Of a DNA stretch of 64,000 bases, positions 36,904 to 45,064 are shown in pieces (within the stretch, counting starts at the first letter, position 1; every line of letters begins with the position of its first letter). Origin of the DNA: Oscillospiraceae bacterium. GTDB taxonomy: Bacteria; Bacillota; Clostridia; UMGS1840. The stretch lies in the NCBI GenBank assembly GCA_015068645.1, contig SVKD01000003.1:24471-88470 (forward strand), given 5' to 3'. The position numbers and the translations under genes were made by a program. Under the pieces are notes generated by a model that saw only the letters and a list, made by a program, of their open reading frames with translations, ran no database searches and was not told the origin of the DNA.

Positions 36904-37872
36904 CTATTGCGGAGTTTGGGTTGCTTCCTCTGCAGGAATTTCCGCTTCCGAAGAAACAGCGGGTACTTCTTCCGGATTATCCACAACCTCGGGATTTTCA
37001 GTGGTTTCAGCGGTTGCCTGTTCTTCCGGCACTTCCTCGATGGTTACAGTTTCTTCAACAACCGATTCACCTTCTACTGCTTCCTGTGCAGCTGCCGGCT
37101 CTACAACTGCTGCAGTCGTTTCAAAGCCGGTGGCATCATCAGACAAGTTCAAAATGTTCCAATAATACTCAGCACCTGCCATAGAATAAATTTTAATCAC
37201 AGTGCACAGCTGACCTTCTTCATTAAAATATGCGGTGGTTTCATCAATATTCGCAGTATCTTTGGATTTCTGCAGGCAGGTATTAAAGGTGTCGATATAA
37301 GTAGCATCGATAGAGCTTGCATCAGTAGCCGCCATATTTTCATAAAACTGCGTTTCCACCGCAAGCTGGATTTTGGTCTCATATTCAGAGAATGTTAAAT
37401 CTGCTTTGGAAAGAACCTCTGCGTTGGTCATCAAAGTTCCGTCAGTTAAGTCCACATTATACGCATAATAATCAGTCCAAGAGATGTCCATACTGGTAGA
37501 TTCAATCAACAAGGACAAAACATCATCGTGAACAGTCCATTTGTAAAAGATGCCGTCTCCTTCCACCAACGGGTAATCCGGGGTAATTGTTGCCACAACG
37601 CCATCGTACAAAGTTTCCCAGATTTTGGCGTTGATTTCTTTACAGTCATCAGTGTCGCAGTTAATCTGAGGAATGGAATACACCCCTGCTCCGATGGTTT
37701 GACTGTGAGCATCGGTAACCAGATTATCATAATCAATTTCCAGCTTCACAGTTTCTTCTTTGGGCAAGGTTTTCGGAATTTCGGCTTCCTTCTCCGAATT
37801 ACAAGCTGCCAATACGGTCAGCAAGCAGAGTGCTAACAGTGCAGCAAAAAGTTTTTTCATTGTTTTCATCAT
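36904..37872 (-). CDS. Lipoprotein with acidic low-complexity C-terminal tail, function unknown
   Basis: Start set to MMKTMKKLFAALLALCLLTVLAAC (lipobox LAAC) after AAGGAG. The tail is rich in E/T/A/V/P. Confidence 0.6.
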   Translation of the reverse strand: MMKTMKKLFAALLALCLLTVLAACNSEKEAEIPKTLPKEETVKLEIDYDNLVTDAHSQTIGAGVYSIPQINCDTDDCKEINAKIWETLYDGVVATITPDYPLVEGDGIFYKWTVHDDVLSLLIESTSMDISWTDYYAYNVDLTDGTLMTNAEVLSKADLTFSEYETKIQLAVETQFYENMAATDASSIDATYIDTFNTCLQKSKDTANIDETTAYFNEEGQLCTVIKIYSMAGAEYYWNILNLSDDATGFETTAAVVEPAAAQEAVEGESVVEETVTIEEVPEEQATAETTENPEVVDNPEEVPAVSSEAEIPAEEATQTPQ

Positions 37873-37936
37873 AGAAATCTCCTTAATACAGCAATATCCT
37901 CCCGCCAATCGGGAGGATATTACTTTATTATAAATT

Positions 37937-38995
37937 TTACTGATACAGATTTCCTGCAATATAGGTGCCGCCGATGGTTCTGTCGTCGTTTAATACAACA
38001 AAGTCAGCATCAAAACCTTCTTTCAACTGACCTTTGTTTACACCAATCATAGTAGCAGGAGTTTCGGTTGCCATTTTCACAGCATCCTCGAAGGGAATAC
38101 CGAATTCAACAGCCTTGTTTACACAAGCCCACAGGTTGGTGGTACTACCTGCGATAGCACCTTCCATAGTTCTTGCAACACCGTTTTTCACTTCGATGGG
38201 CTGTCCGCCGAATTCGTATTCGCCGTCAGACATACCGGTAGCACGCATAGAGTCGCTGATCAAAACCAGTCTGTCAGTACCAAAAATTTTATACATTGCT
38301 AAAATCACTGCTTTATGGATGTGTAATCCGTCACAGATAATCTGTGCATAGATACCGGTTTCCATCCCTGCACCGAGTAAACCCGGGTTTCTGTGATGTA
38401 AGGGAGGCATTGCATTAAAGGAATGAGTCAGACAGTTTGCACCGTTTTTGATTGCTTCCATTGCAATGTCATAAGTGGTGTCGGTATGACCTAAGGATAC
38501 CACGCACAGGTCTTTTGCTTCTTTGATAAATTCCATACTGCCTTCCACTTCGGGAGCGATGGTTACCATCTTCACATTGGGCAGTTTTTTGAATTCTTCA
38601 ATATCGGGGCACTTGATGAATTTTTCGTTCTGAGCGCCTTTGTATTTTACGTTGATGTAAGGACCTTCCATATGGAAGCCAAGAATCTGGGCACCTTTGC
38701 AATCGGTAGCAGAGTTCATGGTTTTTGCAATATCTTCCATGGCAACAGTCATAGTGGTGGGTAACCAGGAAGTGATACCGTTTTTCGCTAAATAATCGCA
38801 CATTTCGGCAAATTCAGCATCCATAGTATCACCGCCTACACAGCCGTGAGTATGTACGTCAACCAGACCGGGGATTACGGTTTTACCACCTAAATCGGTG
38901 CCTTCCCCGTCCAGTTTACCAAATTTTGTAAATTTCCCGTCAACTACTTCAAAATCGCAGAGCTGACCGTTAATTTTCGCATTTTTAAAAATCAT
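37937..38995 (-). CDS. nagA: N-acetylglucosamine-6-phosphate deacetylase
   Basis: Amidohydrolase fold with GLVDVHTHG and conserved NagA segments (HSFNAM, GLHIH). Confidence 0.85.
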   Translation of the reverse strand: MIFKNAKINGQLCDFEVVDGKFTKFGKLDGEGTDLGGKTVIPGLVDVHTHGCVGGDTMDAEFAEMCDYLAKNGITSWLPTTMTVAMEDIAKTMNSATDCKGAQILGFHMEGPYINVKYKGAQNEKFIKCPDIEEFKKLPNVKMVTIAPEVEGSMEFIKEAKDLCVVSLGHTDTTYDIAMEAIKNGANCLTHSFNAMPPLHHRNPGLLGAGMETGIYAQIICDGLHIHKAVILAMYKIFGTDRLVLISDSMRATGMSDGEYEFGGQPIEVKNGVARTMEGAIAGSTTNLWACVNKAVEFGIPFEDAVKMATETPATMIGVNKGQLKEGFDADFVVLNDDRTIGGTYIAGNLYQ

Positions 38996-39714
38996 TCGCC
39001 ATATGCCTCCTTATCGCAGATGAGTACCACATCCGGATGGAGCTTTAATAAGGTTGCAGGCACGTTGGTAGTGATTTTATCGTCTAATAATGCACGAACT
39101 ACGGTGTTTTTGTTTGCACCGCTTGCGAGTAACACGATTTTTTTCGCTCTCATAATGCTTGCCATACCCATAGTGATTGCTTTGGTGGGCACTTCGTCGA
39201 TAGAGTTAAAGAAACGGGAATTTGCCTGGATGGTATTCTCAGTTAAGTCGGTTAAGTGAGTACCGGAGATTAAGTTTTCATCGGGTTCGTTGAAACCGAT
39301 ATGACCATTCTGACCGATCCCTAATAACTGAATATCCACGCCGCCTGCTTTTTCAATCATCGCGTCGTAGTTTGCACCTTCTTCTTCAGGGTTTTCGGAT
39401 AAACCGTTGGGAACGAAGGTTCTTGCCTTATCAATGTTTACGAAATTGAACAGATTTTCGTTCATAAAATAACGGTAGCTCTGGTCGTTTTCGGGAGATA
39501 AGGGATAGTATTCGTCTAAGTTAAAGGAGGTGATATCGGAAAAGTCGATTTCGCCTGCTTTGTTCATTTCAATTAAGTTTTTGTACAGACCAATGGGGGT
39601 GGAACCGGTTGCCAAGCCTAAAACGGAATTGGGTTTTAAAATCATCTGGCTGGCAAACAGTTTTGCGCCTTCTTTGGATAACTGTTCGTAGTTGTCACAA
39701 ACAATAACTCTCAT
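38992..39714 (-). CDS. nagB: Glucosamine-6-phosphate deaminase
   Basis: LGLATGSTP, NLDEY and GIGQNGHIGFNEP motifs. Confidence 0.9.
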   Translation of the reverse strand: MRVIVCDNYEQLSKEGAKLFASQMILKPNSVLGLATGSTPIGLYKNLIEMNKAGEIDFSDITSFNLDEYYPLSPENDQSYRYFMNENLFNFVNIDKARTFVPNGLSENPEEEGANYDAMIEKAGGVDIQLLGIGQNGHIGFNEPDENLISGTHLTDLTENTIQANSRFFNSIDEVPTKAITMGMASIMRAKKIVLLASGANKNTVVRALLDDKITTNVPATLLKLHPDVVLICDKEAYGE

Positions 39715-39732
39715 AGTGATAGACTCCTTTTC

Positions 39733-41064
39733 TTATTTGGACAGTTCGGGTAAGCTTGCAGCCGCAATGGACTGACCAACTCTTCTTTCATATTCGTCGG
39801 GAATATACAAGTTTACTTTGTTTACCAATTCGGGGAATTCCTGACTTAATACTTCTTTTGCTTTTTCGATGATAATGTCGCCACCTTTACCGGAAGTAAC
39901 ACGACCTAAAATCTGCAGGTAGTTGATATCATAGAATTCGCTGTAGTATGCGATTGCATAACCGAAGTAAGTACCGATAGTTTCAAAAATCTGAACAGCT
40001 CCTTCATGACCTTCTGCCAAGTGTTTCTGAACCACTTTTAATTTTTCAGCTAAAGATAAATCTTCTGGCAGTTCAATACCTGCTTTGGGAGCCAATTTAA
40101 TAACCGCATCCTGAGAGAAGTATTTACATCCGCAACCAAAGTCACCGGACCATTCATCAACCATAGCGTCAGTATTGTAGTCAACGGGAGCGAATGCCAG
40201 TTCGTTTAACCAACCGGTGATGTTACCGTTGGGATCAACATAACCAACCGCTTCGGAGGTACCCATTGCAACACCTAAGATAGAATTTTTGTTTAAGTGC
40301 ATTGCACCTGCTAATGCAGCAACGTCACCGTCGTTTGCAACTGCAACCGGGATATCGCCTGCGATGTTTTTATAAATATCTTTGATTCTTGCGTTGAATT
40401 TGTCTCTCGGCACTTTGATAAACAAAGAAGCAACCATTGCACGGTTTGCAATGTAAACACCTGCAGAGGAAACACCGATTGCATCAACTCTGGGCATTTT
40501 GGATGCTGCTAAGTCGATTGCTTTCTGAATGTTTTCATAGTGATATTGGGGATCATCGTTTAATTTGGGCAACCAAACGATTTCTTCGGAGAAGATAACT
40601 TCACCGTCTACCACTGCAGAAACTTTCATATCACTTCCGCCTGCATCAAAACCGATACGGCATCCGTCTAAATGACGGCCGATGGAAACGGGATTGCCTT
40701 TTTCTTCGGGCATATTTTCGGTGTAGATTACTTCGAAAGGATTTTCGTAAACGCCACTCATAAAGTCAACGTCGAATTTACGTAACCCAGTTAAAGTATA
40801 CGCATCTTTAATATATTCATATACATCTTTATCGCCATTTAAGTAAATTTTGAAGCCACCAACTGCCCACAGTAACATTTTGATTAAACGTTCTACGTAG
40901 AAGTTGTTTGCATCTTTGTCTTCCCCAATTTTGGTGTCATAACGGTAAATCAGACCATTTTCTCTTTCCACGGCAATCTGCAAAGGACGAGTTGCAGTTT
41001 CTAAGAATTTTCTGTTGTACACAATTGCGGGAATAAATTCCTGGTCTAAAATAGGTTTAATCAT
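39733..41064 (-). CDS. ROK/ASKHA-superfamily sugar kinase-like protein with ~130-aa N-terminal extension
   Basis: The phosphate-1 motif IGFDAGGSDMKVS, together with GVSSAGV and NDGDVAALAG, resembles ROK/glucokinase folds. Substrate unknown. Confidence 0.55.
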   Translation of the reverse strand: MIKPILDQEFIPAIVYNRKFLETATRPLQIAVERENGLIYRYDTKIGEDKDANNFYVERLIKMLLWAVGGFKIYLNGDKDVYEYIKDAYTLTGLRKFDVDFMSGVYENPFEVIYTENMPEEKGNPVSIGRHLDGCRIGFDAGGSDMKVSAVVDGEVIFSEEIVWLPKLNDDPQYHYENIQKAIDLAASKMPRVDAIGVSSAGVYIANRAMVASLFIKVPRDKFNARIKDIYKNIAGDIPVAVANDGDVAALAGAMHLNKNSILGVAMGTSEAVGYVDPNGNITGWLNELAFAPVDYNTDAMVDEWSGDFGCGCKYFSQDAVIKLAPKAGIELPEDLSLAEKLKVVQKHLAEGHEGAVQIFETIGTYFGYAIAYYSEFYDINYLQILGRVTSGKGGDIIIEKAKEVLSQEFPELVNKVNLYIPDEYERRVGQSIAAASLPELSK

Positions 41065-42136
41065 ATTTCTTCACAATCTCCTTCATTAATTCTTCTTTTT
41101 CTTCCATATCTTTCACTAATTTGAACTGAGTACGGCAACGGTCCAGATTGTGTTCGGGACGTTTTACTTTGAAATAAGTATCACCGTTTAAGTAATCGGC
41201 TAAGAAACGGATACCACATTCATAAGTCATCAGCTTTGCTGCGAAAGGCATCAATTCTTTTTCACGGGGAGTCATTACGTCTTTTAACTCTTCCATGTAG
41301 CCTTTGGTGAACATTTCAAACAGGTTCAGGTCACAATATACTTTGGATAAATCTTTTTCGTCTTCATCCGCAGGATTGGTACCGAATCTTAAAGAATCAC
41401 CATAATCATACAGTAAGGAACCGGGCATAACGGTATCTAAATCAATTACGCAAATGCCAAGGCCTGTTTCATCATCAATCATAATGTTATTGTATTTGGT
41501 ATCATTATGAGTCACACGAAGGGGAACGGTTCCGTCTTTGATAGCAGCCACAATCACAGAAGCATCTTTTTCTCTTGCCAGCGCAAATTCCACTTCTTCC
41601 TGCACATCTTTTAATCTGCCCGCCTTATCTTTTTTGATAGCATCCTTAAGCTGCTGAAAACGAACAGTGGTATCGTGGAAAGAAGGTATGGTTTCATGCA
41701 GTTTTTCAGCAGGAAAATCTGCCAGACGCTGCTGGAACTTTGCAAATGCTTTTGCAGCATTATAAAAATGAATAGGTTCTTCTACGATTTCATAGGTCTG
41801 AGCACCTTCGATGAACTCATACATTCTGAAATAATCGCCCTTGGGAGTTACATAATAGGGGTCCCCTGCATGAGTGAGCACCAGATTCAGCGTTTCTCTT
41901 TTAGGATCTCCGCCTTCTTCAATAATTTTCTTTTTCAGATGACCTGTAACACGAACGATATTTTCCATAACATCCTGAGGACGTTTGAATACGTTGTGAT
42001 TGATTCTCTGCAGAATGTATCTGGGTTCGCATGAATTGGATAAATAAGTATCATTGATATGACCTTTTCCGTAGGGGGTTGCACCATCGACAACATTAAA
42101 TTTTCCGATGATTTCCTTAAGATTGTAGCTTGCCAT
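41057..42136 (-). CDS. nahK: N-acetylhexosamine 1-kinase (NahK/LnpB-like, APH-fold)
   Basis: Long colinear resemblance to my recollection of Bifidobacterium NahK: PYG.GHIN.TY, RYILQ..N, PLRVTHNDTK.NNI, IDLDT.MPGS.L.D.GDS.RFG, EDEKDLSKV, MTYECG.RFLADYL.GD.YF. The start is uncertain; ATG 42136 was chosen and the track ORF extends to 42241. Confidence 0.75.
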   Translation of the reverse strand: MASYNLKEIIGKFNVVDGATPYGKGHINDTYLSNSCEPRYILQRINHNVFKRPQDVMENIVRVTGHLKKKIIEEGGDPKRETLNLVLTHAGDPYYVTPKGDYFRMYEFIEGAQTYEIVEEPIHFYNAAKAFAKFQQRLADFPAEKLHETIPSFHDTTVRFQQLKDAIKKDKAGRLKDVQEEVEFALAREKDASVIVAAIKDGTVPLRVTHNDTKYNNIMIDDETGLGICVIDLDTVMPGSLLYDYGDSLRFGTNPADEDEKDLSKVYCDLNLFEMFTKGYMEELKDVMTPREKELMPFAAKLMTYECGIRFLADYLNGDTYFKVKRPEHNLDRCRTQFKLVKDMEEKEELMKEIVKKYD

Positions 42137-42345
42137 AACATAAGCCCTGCTTTCAAAATGAAATTTTTGGAATTCTTTTTCCTTTTCTATTATAGAATGG
42201 GTAAATTCCATTATTTTTATCTTAGCACATTCTACTCGCAATTTATTTGCACATTTGGACAGTTTATTTGTATTTTAAGTCAAATTTTACCAAAAAAGGA
42301 AGGCTTTTTGTACCAAAGCGACTTCCGAACAATACATTTTGACAT

Positions 42346-42381
42346 ACAAAAAGCTGTAACCACCTTGGATTACAGCTTTTT
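42346..42381 (-). terminator. Rho-independent terminator after the AbrB-like gene
   Basis: aaaagctgtaa / ttacagctttt with a T-run on the minus strand. Confidence 0.75.
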
Positions 42382-42397
42382 CCTTCTCACAGTAAAC

Positions 42398-42799
42398 TTA
42401 TGCTTTTCTTAAGATTTCTTCCACACATTCCCGACAGATTTTTTTGTCCCGAATCTGCACAAGCCCTTCGCTTTTTCCGCAAATCACACAGCTTCTTTCA
42501 TATTTTTTCAAAAGGATACTGTTCTCCTCTGTAAAAATCTCCACATAATCGTCACACTCTGCCAGACCAAACTGTTTGCGGATTGCCTTGGGAAGCACAA
42601 TTCGTCCCACATTATCGGTGTGATAACGGGACTGAATATCACCGTCGGAAATGGCATATTTTTTAATTACTATAAATTCCCCTTTGGTAAAAATCTCCAC
42701 AGGAGTGTGTTCGGCAATTGCGTATTCACTGCGGATGGCTTTGGGCACCATAATTCTGCCCAGCTTATCTATGCGACGGGTTAATCCTGTTGCAATCAT
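42398..42799 (-). CDS. Tandem SpoVT/AbrB-domain protein with C-terminal zinc ribbon
   Basis: Two copies of the AbrB N-domain signature (RRIDKLGRIMVPKAIRSEY..., HTDNVGRIVLPKAIRKQFG...), then CVICG...CRECV. Start set to the ATG at 42797-42799, preceded by AAGGAG. Confidence 0.7.
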   Translation of the reverse strand: MIATGLTRRIDKLGRIMVPKAIRSEYAIAEHTPVEIFTKGEFIVIKKYAISDGDIQSRYHTDNVGRIVLPKAIRKQFGLAECDDYVEIFTEENSILLKKYERSCVICGKSEGLVQIRDKKICRECVEEILRKA

Positions 42800-42920
42800 A
42801 TTCTTGCTCCTTTTTTCCATTCTTACATTCTTTTCACTTTTTCTATATTATAACGTATAAAACAAAAAATGTCAATTATATTTTACAAAATTTTACAAAA
42901 TTGTAGATTTTTTCTTATTA

Positions 42921-42990
42921 TGAATACAACAAGGTTCCGAGGTACCCGACCGCAATCTTTGATTGCGTTATCGGGTCGGGTTCTTATTTT
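42921..42990 (-). repeat. Family A repeat, copy 4 (inverted, a few substitutions)
   Basis: The reverse complement matches copies 1-3 except gatgacg>gataacg, tgccccgg>tacctcgg and the 3' end. Confidence 0.85.
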
Positions 42991-43100
42991 TGGTAACTTT
43001 TGGGGAAAAATGACGATTCAATTTTAAAAAATAACACAATTTGAAAAATATTTTTTGCTCGAAAACCCTTTGTTTTCAAGGGATTAAAACCATTCTGTTC

Positions 43101-43169
43101 AAAAAAATTAAAAAAATTTAAAAAAATTTGAAAAAAAGTATTGACTTTTGAAAAGAAGTGTTGTATAAT
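43101..43169 (+). promoter_or_regulatory. tRNA operon promoter with phased A-tract UP region
   Basis: A6-7 tracts start at 43101, 43111, 43121 and 43131 (10-bp phase). These are followed by TTGACT (43141-46), a 17-nt spacer and TATAAT (43164-69). Confidence 0.7.
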
Positions 43170-43213
43170 TATCCTCGCTTGATAAGCGAAGCGGTTTATC
43201 AGAAAGAAATTAT

Positions 43214-43290
43214 GGCCTGGTAGTTCAGCTGGTTAGAACGCTAGCCTGTCACGCTAGAGGTCGAGGGTTCGATCCCCTTCCAGGTCGCCA
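43214..43290 (+). tRNA. tRNA-Asp (GTC)
   Basis: Cloverleaf read by hand. Anticodon loop cuGUCac, T-loop ttcgatc, encoded CCA. Confidence 0.9.
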
Positions 43291-43333
43291 CTTTTCTTTA
43301 AATCCCTTGGAGATTGAGCCGTGACTAACATTT

Positions 43334-43409
43334 GCCTCTGTAGCTCAGTCGGTAGAGCAAGGGACTGAAAATCCCTGTGTCGGCGGTTCGATTCCACCCG
43401 GAGGCACCA
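43334..43409 (+). tRNA. tRNA-Phe (GAA)
   Basis: Anticodon loop cuGAAaa and encoded CCA. One C-A mismatch in the T stem. Confidence 0.85.
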
Positions 43410-43434
43410 ACAGCTTTTTAAGAAAATATAATAT

Positions 43435-43509
43435 GCGGGAGTGGCTCAGTGGTAGAGCGTCACCTTGCCAAGGTGAACGTCGCGAGTTCGAATCTCGTCT
43501 TCCGCTCCA
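43435..43509 (+). tRNA. tRNA-Gly (GCC)
   Basis: Anticodon loop uuGCCaa, encoded CCA. Confidence 0.9.
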
Positions 43510-43567
43510 TTTGATAAAAGGCACAATGCATATTGTGCCTTTTATCAACTAAAAAACAATTTCATAT

Positions 43568-43641
43568 GGCGCCATAGCCAAGTGGTAAGGCATCGGTCTG
43601 CAACACCTTGATCCCCAGTTCGAATCTGGGTGGCGCCTCCA
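43568..43641 (+). tRNA. tRNA-Cys (GCA)
   Basis: Anticodon loop cuGCAac, with acceptor and T arms similar to Bacillus tRNA-Cys. The base of the anticodon stem has two mismatches. Confidence 0.75.
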
Positions 43642-43677
43642 AAAATCGACAAGATTCGTTAGAGTCTTGTCGATTTT
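43642..43677 (+). terminator. Rho-independent terminator after the tRNA operon
   Basis: aaaatcgacaaga / tcttgtcgatttt. Confidence 0.8.
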
Positions 43678-43794
43678 ACTTATTACCTATTCACTTTTCA
43701 CTATTACCTAAAAAACCTTGTCGATTTTTGGAAAGTAATAAGTAATAGTGAATAAGGAATAAGTATCGGCTTTGCTTTCGCAAAGCTTGTTTTT
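43678..43794 (+). repeat. tRNA-trailer module (family C): CT-rich arm, AG-rich arm GGAAAGTAATAAGTAATAGTGAATAAGGAATAAG, second terminator gctttgc/gcaaagc
   Basis: The 3' ~70 nt closely match the reverse complement of 55497-55573, downstream of the other tRNA operon. Confidence 0.8.
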
Positions 43795-43843
43795 ATATGT
43801 GCAATAAAAAAAGCACTTGCTTATACGAAATAAGCAAGTGCTT

Positions 43844-44044
43844 TTACTTTTCAAATATTATAATATCTTCAATTTTACAATCTAATGCAACGCAAATTTT
43901 ATCTAATATGAAACTATCGTATCTGGTAACTTTGTTTTTATAATAATTATCGATAATATGATACCGAATTCCTGTCCGTTTCGCCAATTCATATCTGGAA
44001 ATATTTCGGCTATCCAACACAGATTCCAACGTAAGCTTCACCAT
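43844..44044 (-). CDS. XRE-family helix-turn-helix transcriptional regulator
   Basis: 66 aa from the ATG after GAGGTG. The segment RNISRYELAKRTGIRYHIIDNYYKNKVTRYDSFILDKICVALDCKIEDII is a Cro/CI-type HTH. Confidence 0.75.
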   Translation of the reverse strand: MVKLTLESVLDSRNISRYELAKRTGIRYHIIDNYYKNKVTRYDSFILDKICVALDCKIEDIIIFEK

Positions 44045-44152
44045 AGTATCACCTCTTAGGTATATTCTAATAAATATATACCCTATCGACAATTCCCATA
44101 TATAGATATATACTTATATAGAAATATTTAAACATAGAAAAGGAATTGTGCC

Positions 44153-44407
44153 ATGGCTGAGTTTTGTTTGGATTGCTTAAATCGGATGAATCAAACTAAT
44201 GACAGTGAGAAAATGTACGTCATATCAAAACATTTAGAATTGTGTGAAGGTTGCGGAAAACTAAAACAAGTAGTGATTATGAAACGGCAAAACATTTTCC
44301 TACGGATATTGACATATTTTATTTTAATACTCCGGCTAAGCTTTCGAGCGATATGTTTATTATTAAAATTGTTATTATCTCCTATTTTTCTGATTTATAA
44401 AAAATAG
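44153..44407 (+). CDS. Small zinc-ribbon plus TM protein, function unknown
   Basis: CLDC...CEGC motif followed by a hydrophobic C-terminal half. Divergent from the XRE gene. Confidence 0.45.
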   Translation: MAEFCLDCLNRMNQTNDSEKMYVISKHLELCEGCGKLKQVVIMKRQNIFLRILTYFILILRLSFRAICLLLKLLLSPIFLIYKK

Positions 44408-44510
44408 CATCTAAAGACTAAAAAAGCACTTGACATAATTCCGAATCAGAATTACAATATAAGAAAATTCTATTTTGGAATTTTTACTTTATGAATAAGG
44501 AGAATATGCA

Positions 44511-44891
44511 ATGTCTGATTTTTTATTGCTAAATGATGAAAAAATCATCTTACAACATCAGTGCACCATCAAAATTCAAGGAGAATTAATGCTAACCAAC
44601 AAACGTGTCATATTTCGCAAAGACGGTTTCGGAAAATCATTTTTGAATACCGGGGGAGCAGCATTATTGGCAGCCGGAGGGTTCGTCCTAGGCAAAGATT
44701 TTTCTTTGCCCCTGGAAAATATTCAGGCAGTCGGAAAAAAAGGAAACGTGGCATTTCAAATTCTGACAACCGAAAACCAAACAATTGAGGGAACATTCGT
44801 GACATCAAATATCTTTAAAATGGGAACTTTAAAAAATGTATGTACTGAGTTTGTTACCTACCTCAACACAGTAATTTCCACAAAACAATAA
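44511..44891 (+). CDS. Bacterial PH/GRAM-like domain protein, function unknown
   Basis: 126 aa with RBS AAGGAG. The pattern GELMLTNKRVIFRK is typical of bPH/GRAM-like folds. The call is by pattern only. Confidence 0.45.
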   Translation: MSDFLLLNDEKIILQHQCTIKIQGELMLTNKRVIFRKDGFGKSFLNTGGAALLAAGGFVLGKDFSLPLENIQAVGKKGNVAFQILTTENQTIEGTFVTSNIFKMGTLKNVCTEFVTYLNTVISTKQ

Positions 44892-44950
44892 ATCAAACAG
44901 TAACCTATCACCTGATAAATAACCACTCACTATGGTATGGTTTTCCTTAT

Positions 44951-44980
44951 AAAAAAACACTTCTTCGGAAGTGTTTTTTG
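44951..44980 (+). terminator. Rho-independent terminator
   Basis: aacacttc-ttcg-gaagtgtt followed by TTTTT. Confidence 0.75.
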
Positions 44981-44993
44981 ATTCTCATTCATA

Positions 44994-45022
44994 TTGACAT
45001 TCCCATCTTCCTTTGTTATAAT
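44994..45022 (+). promoter_or_regulatory. Consensus sigma-A promoter
   Basis: TTGACA (44994-99), 17 nt, TATAAT (45017-22). Confidence 0.7.
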
Positions 45023-45064
45023 AAAAATAGAATAATTTTTGACACAAAAAAGGAGATTTCTTCC

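Noticed and set aside
36887-37398. Several plus-strand ORFs (87-163 aa) opposite the lipoprotein gene
   Set aside because: They are antisense to the acidic low-complexity tail of a gene that has a lipobox, an RBS and a terminator. They have no RBS.
17684-42990. The 73-nt repeats as a CRISPR array or attC sites
   Set aside because: The copies are kilobases apart, not regularly spaced with unique spacers, and one is inverted. There are no cas or integron-integrase genes, and no R''/L''-L'/R' attC core with GTTRRRY was recognised.
43345-43548. 67-aa ORF on the minus strand (and the 117-aa ORF at 55784-56137)
   Set aside because: Both lie entirely over tRNA genes. They are translation artefacts of stable-RNA sequence.
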